NCBI GenBank assembly: GCA_026413865.1
Contig: JAOAKB010000001.1
Span: 2,584 to 66,583, forward strand
From: Nitrososphaeria archaeon
GTDB taxonomy: Archaea; Thermoproteota; Nitrososphaeria; JACIWG01
Reading direction: 5' to 3'
DNA length: 64,000 nt
Shown here: piece after piece, positions 57,139 through 64,000 of the stretch
Position numbering within the stretch: the stretch's first letter is position 1
Layout of the letters: the number at the start of each line of letters is the position of its first letter
Translations under genes and position numbers: made by a program
Notes under the pieces: model-generated
The model's input: only the letters and a program-made list of their open reading frames with translations
Databases searched by the model: none
Told to the model about the DNA's origin: nothing

Positions 57139-59055
57139 TTGACCTCCATGGAAGAGTGGACATTGAACAACATAGAATTATTTCACCAAGCAAGATGGTT
57201 AAACGGCAATCTTAAAGATTATTATGTTAATAATGTTTACTGGGCAATAGTAAATAGAACACTGGTAATAAGACTACATCACCCAACATATCCTGAAAAA
57301 AGACTGGTTATAGATAATGGTAAAGCGATTTGGGTTACCGAAATAAAGTTGGAAGAAGAAGGGTCAGACCAGCTACTAAGACAATTTAGAAACTTTCTTG
57401 CTAGAGGAAAGATTTCTAAGATAACACAATTTGGTACAGAAAGAATAATCGATATCGAATTTATTGGAAGCTTAGCCAAACATCTAATAGCAGAATTTTT
57501 TAGTAGAGGAAATATTATCTTAGTTGACGAAAAAAACGTAATTTTAACAGCATTAGAATATTACCAAACAAGACACCGAATAATTGCAGTTGGAAAAGAA
57601 TATCAAACCCCACCAGAAAGAGGATTAGATCCCCTTAAAGCTGATATTAAACACCTTAAACCCATGCTAAAATACGATGACGACTTTAGAAAATGGATTG
57701 GAAAAAATTTAGCTCTACCAAAAAAGTATATTGACATGCTACCAAAAATTTTAGGAGTAAAAGAGGGAACCAAAGGAAATGAATTGGATGAAGAAAAAAT
57801 TATAATAATATTAGATAAAATAAAAGAATTTTTTAGAGAAGAGAATATTAGGCCAGTAATTTATTTAGACGACAATAATGTAGTCGATTTTTCCATAATC
57901 CCAAATATTGTAGAAGGATTAGTTCAGCAAAATGTACAAAATCTAAATGAGGCATTAGACAAAATCTTTACTAAGATAGTTTTACAGGAAAAAGAGAAGG
58001 ACGCATTATATCCCTTAATTAGGGAAAAGGAGAAAACAAAAAAAGCAATTGATGAACTCACTAATAAAAAAGATCAGATGACAGAAGATGGAAAACTTTT
58101 AACTGAATTAGCGAACAAGATTAGGGCAAACCTGCAGCTATTATATCAAGATTATGAGGAATTTAAGAAGACACTTTTACCAGCTAAAATTGAGAAAGAT
58201 GAAGACGGAATAGAAAAGATTGTTTACAAAAGCTATACTTTCGAATTTGATAAAAATAGACCACTAAAGACATGTTCAGAAATATATGACATGTCAAAAA
58301 TGTTAGTAGAAGATACAAAAAAGATAGAGGAATCAATAAGTGAAATGTACAAGGAAATTGAGAAAATTGAGAAAAAAATTATGGTAAAAGAAAAAATAAT
58401 TTCAAGAGAACATAAAAAAACACGTGAAAGAGAATGGTTTGAAAAATATAGATGGTTTTATACTTCAGAAGACATGCTTGCAATAGGAGGAAGAGACGCA
58501 TCATCCAATGAGGCAATAATCAAAAAATATTTAGAAGACGAAGATATTGTATTTCATGCTGAAATAGTTGGTGCACCATTCTTTATACTAAAGAAGGGTA
58601 CAAAGGCTGGAGAAAATAGTCTAAAAGAAGTTGCTATTGCAGCAGTATCCTTCAGCAACTTTTGGAAAATGGGCGCGTCAGCCGGAGAAGCATATTGGGT
58701 ATATAAGAATCAGATCTCAAAACAGGCACCCTCCGGCCAATACATGGGTAAGGGAGCTTTTATGATAAGCGGGAAAAGAAATTATATTAGAAACTTACCA
58801 ATCGAGCTTGCTGTAGGTGTGGTTAAAGTAAAAGAACATTATTCAGTAGTATGTGGGCCAATAGACGCTGTAAAAAAACGTTGTGAAAACTATTTAGTTA
58901 TTGTACCGGGAAATGAGGATAAAAATTCTATTGCCAAGAAGATTGTCAAATATTTTTACGATAAGACTGGTGAAGTAATAAAGGATATACCTTTTGAAGA
59001 ATTTATTCAAGCATTACCACCAGGAGGATGCAAGTTGAAGAACTTTAACTTGTAA
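57139..59055 (+). CDS. NFACT-family protein (Rqc2/NEMF/RqcH homologue; FbpA N-domain plus DUF814)
   Basis: 638 aa with an N-terminal NFACT-N, a long K/E coiled-coil middle and an NFACT-R/DUF814 block (YRWFYTSEDMLAIGGRDASSNEAIIKKYLEDEDIVFHAEIVGAPFFILK). The ATG at 57148 is the likely start. Confidence 0.85.
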   Translation: MTSMEEWTLNNIELFHQARWLNGNLKDYYVNNVYWAIVNRTLVIRLHHPTYPEKRLVIDNGKAIWVTEIKLEEEGSDQLLRQFRNFLARGKISKITQFGTERIIDIEFIGSLAKHLIAEFFSRGNIILVDEKNVILTALEYYQTRHRIIAVGKEYQTPPERGLDPLKADIKHLKPMLKYDDDFRKWIGKNLALPKKYIDMLPKILGVKEGTKGNELDEEKIIIILDKIKEFFREENIRPVIYLDDNNVVDFSIIPNIVEGLVQQNVQNLNEALDKIFTKIVLQEKEKDALYPLIREKEKTKKAIDELTNKKDQMTEDGKLLTELANKIRANLQLLYQDYEEFKKTLLPAKIEKDEDGIEKIVYKSYTFEFDKNRPLKTCSEIYDMSKMLVEDTKKIEESISEMYKEIEKIEKKIMVKEKIISREHKKTREREWFEKYRWFYTSEDMLAIGGRDASSNEAIIKKYLEDEDIVFHAEIVGAPFFILKKGTKAGENSLKEVAIAAVSFSNFWKMGASAGEAYWVYKNQISKQAPSGQYMGKGAFMISGKRNYIRNLPIELAVGVVKVKEHYSVVCGPIDAVKKRCENYLVIVPGNEDKNSIAKKIVKYFYDKTGEVIKDIPFEEFIQALPPGGCKLKNFNL

Positions 59056-59153
59056 TGAAGCTTAAAATGTCCTTCTATATGATGTGATAAATGATAACAC
59101 CAATTAGATGGAAATATTTTTTTACTTCTATCTTATAACCAGATAACGATAGA

Positions 59154-59723
59154 ATGGCTGTAGAGACAAAGAGTACAAATCCTGCAAATCTAACGGTAAG
59201 ACAGGTAATGAATAGTCCAGTTATTACTGGAAACCCTAATGAGACTGTAAGAGAAATTGCTAAAAAGATGACAGCAAACGAGGTAGGAAGCATTGTGATT
59301 GTAGAGGATGGAAAACCTGTAGGCATGGTCACAGATGGTGACATAATAGATAGAGTGGTATCTAAAGGATTAAACCCGGATGAGGTTAAAGCAAAGGATA
59401 TAATGAGTACCCCAATATTAACAGTCGATTCTGAAGCAACTATAGTTGATGCTGCAAAATATATGAGAAAAAACAGGGTTAAACGTGTTGGTGTAACATA
59501 TAAAGGCAGAATCGAGGGAATACTATCAATTTGGGACATAATATCAGTTACACCTGAAATAGTCGAAATATTTTCAGAAAAGCTTAATATTCAATCATCA
59601 ATGCTACAGTCTCAAAAGGAGTCAGTATATTTTGCAGGATACTGTGATGTCTGTTCAAGATGGTCAGACCTATTAATTGAAACTGACGGAAAATATATTT
59701 GTGAAGAATGTAGAAGTGATTAG
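59154..59723 (+). CDS. CBS-pair protein with C-terminal zinc ribbon
   Basis: 189 aa with two CBS motifs (VRQVMNSPVIT...GMVTDGDII; AKDIMSTPILT...GILSIWDII) followed by CDVC...CEEC. Confidence 0.85.
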   Translation: MAVETKSTNPANLTVRQVMNSPVITGNPNETVREIAKKMTANEVGSIVIVEDGKPVGMVTDGDIIDRVVSKGLNPDEVKAKDIMSTPILTVDSEATIVDAAKYMRKNRVKRVGVTYKGRIEGILSIWDIISVTPEIVEIFSEKLNIQSSMLQSQKESVYFAGYCDVCSRWSDLLIETDGKYICEECRSD

Positions 59724-59785
59724 CAAACGGTCTTAAACCAAAACAGTTTTTAATAAGTTTTTGTAAAAGTTATGCTTGTGAAAGT

Positions 59786-60628
59786 TTGCCTACTGTAAAA
59801 GATTATATGTCAAAAGAAGTTTTTGTCGTTAAACCCACAGACACGTTAGCACATGCAAAAAATTTGATGCTTTCTAAGAAGATTGGAAGACTTGTTGTAG
59901 TTGAAGACGATAAAGTAGTTGGTATAATAACAAGGGAGGATATAGCAAAAGCAATTTTATCATCAAAACCTTCAATTAAATCTAGGCCTATAGACCAACT
60001 TCTAGTAACACATTTTATGAAAAAACAGATTTTAACAGTCCAACAGACAGCCTCAATAAATGAGGCGGCCAAGATCATGCTTGAAAACAATATAGGAGGT
60101 TTACCAGTTACAAGTGGAAACAAGTTAGTTGGAATAATAACAACCCACGATATTACAGAATACGTGGCTCAATTACCTTTAGATGATATACCTGTAAAGA
60201 ATCATATGTGCAAGGAGGCAGCCTTTGTTTCACAATTTCATAGCATAAGTCATGTTGCAGACCTTATATTTAAAACACCCACAAACAGGGTAATAGTCTT
60301 AGATTCAAAAAAGAAGCCAATAGGCATAATCACACCATCAAATATTACATTCGTAAAATTTACTCCATTCAAACCAATAACTTCTAAACGTTCAACTATG
60401 AGAGGAGGTGAAGCAACACATGAAAAAATAAGCTACGTTGCAATAGCAACAGCAGAAGATGTGATGACAACACCATTGATTATAGCACACGAAGATGATA
60501 GTGTAAAATTTGCTACTTCAATAATGGTGGAAAAAGATATAGGTGCGTTGCCAGTTCTTAATATGGAAGGTAATGTTAGTGGAATCTTTTCCAAAAAGGA
60601 GGTTTTAAAGATTGCTTCAGAGAAATAG
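59786..60628 (+). CDS. CBS domain protein (four CBS motifs)
   Basis: 280 aa with four repeats of the CBS pattern (VKDYMSKEVFVV..GIITREDI; VTHFMKKQILTV..GIITTHDI; VKNHMCKEAAFV..GIITPSNI; AEDVMTTPLIIA..GIFSKKEV). Confidence 0.85.
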   Translation: MPTVKDYMSKEVFVVKPTDTLAHAKNLMLSKKIGRLVVVEDDKVVGIITREDIAKAILSSKPSIKSRPIDQLLVTHFMKKQILTVQQTASINEAAKIMLENNIGGLPVTSGNKLVGIITTHDITEYVAQLPLDDIPVKNHMCKEAAFVSQFHSISHVADLIFKTPTNRVIVLDSKKKPIGIITPSNITFVKFTPFKPITSKRSTMRGGEATHEKISYVAIATAEDVMTTPLIIAHEDDSVKFATSIMVEKDIGALPVLNMEGNVSGIFSKKEVLKIASEK

Positions 60629-61418
60629 TAAGTTAAAATCAGTACCATTACAAAAGGTTGGAATAGTTTCAAAATCAGATAAGATACCTATGATGTTTTA
60701 TGAGTTAAAGAGGACAAGACTAGATAGGGTTATAGTTAAAGATGGGGAAAAACTTGTAGGAGTAGTAACTTTAAGAGACATATTTACAAAACTTGCTTCA
60801 AAAAAGTTTAGTAACATTTCACCCAAATCTTTAAGCATAGCCTCTTTTATGAGTGGAAGCATAGTCTACGCATCAGAAAATGAGACAGTTGAGGACGCGA
60901 TAAAAATTATGATTGAAAAAAACGTGAGCGGCCTTCCAGTTTTAGACAGTAAAAATAATATGCTTGGAATAATTACAAAAAATCATATATTGAATTTATT
61001 ATCAAATGAGCTAAGAGGAAATGTTGTAGATTACGTTATAAGAACAGGTTACAGGATTTTAGGAGGAACAAGCCTAGCAACATTATCGAATGAAATACTA
61101 AAAGATGTTGATATGAGAGAATTTGTTGTCGTACAAGATAATAGGCCATTAGGTGTTGTTGGCGAAAAAGAACTTGCAATCTTTCTATTCAACTATCTTT
61201 CTGATGACAATATAATGAATATGAAGAGTGCGTTACAAAATTATGTGGTAAACGATATTCTAACATTTGTTAATGAGACATTAAAGCCTAATGACCCAGT
61301 ACAGTATGCGGCAAAACTTTTTTCTAACACAAATCTAGTCATATATCCAGTAACAAAAGACGATAGCCTATTTGGAGTTATAAGAAGAAGGGAATTATTT
61401 AACCAACTTTACAGGTAG
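60612..61418 (+). CDS. CBS domain protein (four CBS motifs; start uncertain)
   Basis: 268 aa with CBS-type blocks GVVTLRDIF, LGIITKNHIL, LGVVGEKELA and FGVIRRRELF. The TTG start overlaps the preceding CBS gene by 17 nt. Confidence 0.75.
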   Translation: MLQRNSKLKSVPLQKVGIVSKSDKIPMMFYELKRTRLDRVIVKDGEKLVGVVTLRDIFTKLASKKFSNISPKSLSIASFMSGSIVYASENETVEDAIKIMIEKNVSGLPVLDSKNNMLGIITKNHILNLLSNELRGNVVDYVIRTGYRILGGTSLATLSNEILKDVDMREFVVVQDNRPLGVVGEKELAIFLFNYLSDDNIMNMKSALQNYVVNDILTFVNETLKPNDPVQYAAKLFSNTNLVIYPVTKDDSLFGVIRRRELFNQLYR

Positions 61419-61424
61419 TTTAGG

Positions 61425-62726
61425 TTGCTTACTAGGATAGTTAATGGAAGAATATGGAAGGACGGGAACATATTAGAAAAAGACATTCTTATCGAAGATG
61501 AGAAGATATTAGATTTAATAAGAAAAGGCCAAAAGGTTCAAGTTGACAGAATTTTAGACGCCAAAGGAGCCCTAATATTGCCAGGACTAGTGGATGCTCA
61601 TACACATTTGAGAGATTCAAGGATTTCTTATAAAGAAGATTTTGTTAGCGGCACATCAGCTGCCGTTGCAGGAGGGTTTACAGTAGTTTTAGATATGCCT
61701 AACACAGAGCCACCGATCACAAGTCCAGAAAGGTTAGAGGATAGAATAGCTTCCGCAAGAAAGAAAATATTATGTGATGTAGGATTTTATGCAATGCCAC
61801 TTTATATGGATAAGATAGAAGATTTAGTGAGGACAGGATGCATTGGATTCAAAATTTATACACACAAAAGTTTTGAAGAAATTAATTTTTTTGAAGACGA
61901 AACAATAGATAAGCTTTTTAAGGCTGTAGAAAAGACAGGTCTAACACTTTCTATTCATGCAGAAGACCCTTCAAAGATAGGATATTTAGGAGAAAAATAT
62001 AATGCGATAGAACATGCAAGAGCACATTCTATAGAAGCAGAGGTTAACATGATAAAAAGAATACTTAATCTTGCTAAAAAATATAATTTGAAGATAAGAT
62101 TCTGTCATATTTCAACAGCGGAAGGAATAAAAATTGTTGCAGGAGAAAAAAGATATAGCTTAAACTATTTTACAGAAGTAACACCAGCACATCTTACCCT
62201 AGATGAAAGCATATTACACAAATATGATAAAATATGTGTAGTTGAACCCCCTATAAGAGGAAAAGAGGATGTAATATTCCTAAGAAAAATGTTCTGGAAT
62301 GGAGTCATAGACATTATTGGAACAGACCATGCACCACATACCCTAGACGAGAAACTTTGTGACAGACCAGCACCAGGATTTCCTGGGCTTGAGACTGCAG
62401 TACCTGTCTTATTTACTCTTGCAAAAAAAGGATTCATACCATTTTCAAAACTTATTGAAAGTTTAACGTCTAATCCAGCAAGAATATTTAACCTTAATGG
62501 ATACGGCGCAATAGATAAAGATAACGTTTCAAACCTAACATTCTTAAAATTTGTACCCGAATACGAGATAGACAGCTCAAAATTTTATTCAAAAGCGAAA
62601 TTCACGCCATTTAAAGGATTTAAGGCTGAGACAATAGTGACAAGAACAATTGTAAGAGGAGAAACGGTTTACGATAGAGAATCGGGTGTAATCGATGAGA
62701 GAAGAGGAAAGGTTATCAAACATTAA
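61425..62726 (+). CDS. pyrC: dihydroorotase (cyclic amidohydrolase family)
   Basis: 433 aa with metal ligands DAHTHLRD, FKIY (carboxylated Lys context), SIHAED, FCHIST and GTDHAPH. TTG start. Confidence 0.88.
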   Translation: MLTRIVNGRIWKDGNILEKDILIEDEKILDLIRKGQKVQVDRILDAKGALILPGLVDAHTHLRDSRISYKEDFVSGTSAAVAGGFTVVLDMPNTEPPITSPERLEDRIASARKKILCDVGFYAMPLYMDKIEDLVRTGCIGFKIYTHKSFEEINFFEDETIDKLFKAVEKTGLTLSIHAEDPSKIGYLGEKYNAIEHARAHSIEAEVNMIKRILNLAKKYNLKIRFCHISTAEGIKIVAGEKRYSLNYFTEVTPAHLTLDESILHKYDKICVVEPPIRGKEDVIFLRKMFWNGVIDIIGTDHAPHTLDEKLCDRPAPGFPGLETAVPVLFTLAKKGFIPFSKLIESLTSNPARIFNLNGYGAIDKDNVSNLTFLKFVPEYEIDSSKFYSKAKFTPFKGFKAETIVTRTIVRGETVYDRESGVIDERRGKVIKH

Positions 62727-63213
62727 ATTCATTATCGACTGCATGCATGGAAAGCTTGCTAGGAAAATGAGAATATATGGTTTTGATACAAAATATGATA
62801 TAGCATTAGACGATAACAAGATTATTGAGATTGCAAAAAATGAGGGAAGAACAATTATAACATCGGATGAAGAACTAATTAATAGGGCTAGAGCAGAAAA
62901 TTTACAAGTAATAAGAGTTCCTCTCGACAACGATCTACCAAGAATGATTAAAATATTTACAGTATTGAAAATTTTGCCTGAAATAGACCCAAAAAGGTCT
63001 CGTTGCCCAAACTGCAATAGCACATTAACGATAGTTGACAAAAAAGAAGTACAAAATGTTCCTGAAAAAGTTTTGAAGAGAAAAAAGATATTCTACAAAT
63101 GTAGTAGATGCGGGAAAGTTTACTGGCACGGTTCACACTGGAAGAAGATTAGAGAGTTTGAGAAAACACTTAAGAAGAGATTAAAGAAATTAAAAGAAGG
63201 GGAAGAAAATTGA
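62695..63213 (+). CDS. Mut7-C/DUF82 PIN-like RNase domain protein with zinc ribbon
   Basis: 172 aa with FIIDCMHGKLARKMRIYGFDT, TSDEELI, RCPNCNS...YKCSRCGKVYWHGSHW. It overlaps the pyrC end by 32 nt. Confidence 0.8.
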   Translation: MREEERLSNIKFIIDCMHGKLARKMRIYGFDTKYDIALDDNKIIEIAKNEGRTIITSDEELINRARAENLQVIRVPLDNDLPRMIKIFTVLKILPEIDPKRSRCPNCNSTLTIVDKKEVQNVPEKVLKRKKIFYKCSRCGKVYWHGSHWKKIREFEKTLKKRLKKLKEGEEN

Positions 63214-63821
63214 ATTTAAACGATGAAGATGGAAAATTGTTAGTGGAACTCGCTCGAAAGGCTATAGAAGAGTATGTCGTTAACAAGAGAAAATATGAAC
63301 CTTCAGAAGACGTTAAGAAAAGGTTTTCAGAAAAGGCCGGAGTCTTTGTAACCATAAACCGTGTAATTGGAGGGGAAAAGGAGTTAAGAGGATGCATTGG
63401 CTTTCCAGAAGCCATATTACCATTACATGAAGCAGTAGTTGAGGCGGCGATAGCGGCAGCCACAGAAGACCCGAGATTCGAGCCGTTAAGCAAGAGAGAA
63501 ATTGATGAAATTTTAGTGGAAGTAAGTGTCCTAACACCACTTCAGCTAATAAAGGTTAATTCACCATTACAATATCCTGAAAAGATAAGGATTGGAGAAG
63601 ATGGGTTAATGCTTAAATGGGCTTGGGGTTCAGGACTATTGCTTCCACAGGTTGCTGTGGAATATGGATGGGATGCTAAAGAATTTCTTGAGAACCTCTG
63701 CCTTAAAGCAGGCATAACACCAGATTCATGGTTAAGAAAAGATGTTAAAATTTACAAGTTCCAGTGCCTAATATGGGAGGAAAAAAGGAAAGGCGAGGTT
63801 GTTAGAAAGAATTTAATTTAA
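63210..63821 (+). CDS. AMMECR1 domain protein
   Basis: 203 aa with the hallmark GVFVTINRV...LRGCIGFPEAILPLHEAVVEAAIAAATEDPRFEPL. The TTG start overlaps the Mut7-C stop (TTGA). Confidence 0.9.
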   Translation: MNLNDEDGKLLVELARKAIEEYVVNKRKYEPSEDVKKRFSEKAGVFVTINRVIGGEKELRGCIGFPEAILPLHEAVVEAAIAAATEDPRFEPLSKREIDEILVEVSVLTPLQLIKVNSPLQYPEKIRIGEDGLMLKWAWGSGLLLPQVAVEYGWDAKEFLENLCLKAGITPDSWLRKDVKIYKFQCLIWEEKRKGEVVRKNLI

Positions 63822-63864
63822 AAGTAAATTAAAAAGAATAAATATAAGTATAACATCAAATTTA

Positions 63865-64000
63865 TTGAAGATTTTGAAATCATACAAAAATTTTGTGGAA
63901 GCAAGAAATATTTTACTAAATGCAAAAGGGTATGAGGAGGCTAAAGAAAAATTCTTTTGGCCACATGTAGAAGAATTTAATTGGGCATTAGACTATTTTG
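63865..64000 (+). CDS. 5' end of a probable AMP-dependent acyl-CoA synthetase/ligase (runs off the window)
   Basis: My own translation from TTG 63865 gives LKILKSYKNFVEARNILLNAKGYEEAKEKFFWPHVEEFNWALDYF. The F.WP....FNWA.DYF pattern is typical of the N-terminus of medium-chain/acetyl-CoA synthetase-like enzymes. Only 45 codons are visible. Confidence 0.45.
   Translation, partial: MKILKSYKNFVEARNILLNAKGYEEAKEKFFWPHVEEFNWALDYF

Noticed and set aside
59075-59539. 154-aa minus-strand hydrophobic ORF.
   Set aside because: It is antisense to the CBS plus zinc-ribbon gene, which has clear domain motifs. Its composition (S/T/I/F-rich) is an antisense artefact.
34665-63821. Idea that the radical SAM gene (34665-35780) and AMMECR1 (63210-63821) form an AmmeMemoRadiSam system in this window.
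   Set aside because: The genes are about 28 kb apart and no Memo homologue lies between them. The radical SAM protein has the PflX/COG1313 N-terminal Cys motif rather than an obvious TIGR04337 signature. Linkage cannot be supported from this window.
1-64000. Search for rRNA, tRNA, SRP/RNase P RNA, CRISPR arrays, IS elements and integrases.
   Set aside because: Every intergenic gap is about 210 nt or less and AT-rich. In such an AT-rich, probably thermophilic genome, structural RNAs would appear as GC-rich islands, and none is visible. There are no regularly spaced direct repeats and no transposase- or integrase-like ORFs. A covariance-model scan (tRNAscan/Infernal) would be the decisive check.

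Overview
This window is a densely packed, visibly AT-rich archaeal chromosomal segment. I call about 70 protein-coding genes on both strands, with short intergenic gaps and frequent 4-30 nt overlaps between neighbouring genes. I saw no rRNA, tRNA, CRISPR array, transposase or integrase, and no GC-rich island large enough to hold a structural RNA.

Most of the content is housekeeping:
- Aminoacyl-tRNA synthetases: TyrRS, ThrRS, ProRS and ArgRS.
- Replication and repair: family-B DNA polymerase and ATP-dependent DNA ligase.
- Translation, transcription and chromatin: ribosomal proteins eS25 and eS26, RpoK and Alba.
- RNA processing and quality control: tRNA-splicing endonuclease, TrmI, a GPN-loop GTPase and an NFACT/Rqc2-type protein.
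- Metabolism: PurA, PyrC, UppS, AhcY, agmatinase and the membrane-sector subunits I/C/K of an A/V-type ATPase.

The marker combination of eS25, eS26 and a complete eukaryote-type topoisomerase IB points to a TACK/Thermoproteota archaeon, probably related to Nitrososphaeria/Thaumarchaeota-Aigarchaeota. This is an inference. The K/E/I-rich proteins suggest a thermophile, which is also an inference.

The regions most worth a second look:
1. 43.2-53.4 kb: a roughly 10 kb sugar or amino-sugar locus. It holds two BadF-type kinases, three SIS/PMI-type isomerases, a URO-D-like enzyme and an ABC importer that has no ATPase gene and a truncated second binding protein. It matches no described pathway.
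2. 55.7-56.9 kb: a full-length RadA/Rad51 homologue whose Walker A P-loop is destroyed, translationally coupled to an unknown 107-aa helical protein.
3. 34.7-35.8 kb: a PflX-like radical SAM enzyme with a non-canonical CX4CX2C cluster motif.
4. 25.4-33.0 kb: an alpha-glucan (glycogen-type) locus that has a GalT-type nucleotidyltransferase where GlgC would be expected.
5. 14.9-15.3 kb: two opposite-strand small membrane ORFs wedged between atpI and atpC.

All functional calls rest on motif and family recognition by eye. No database search was run.
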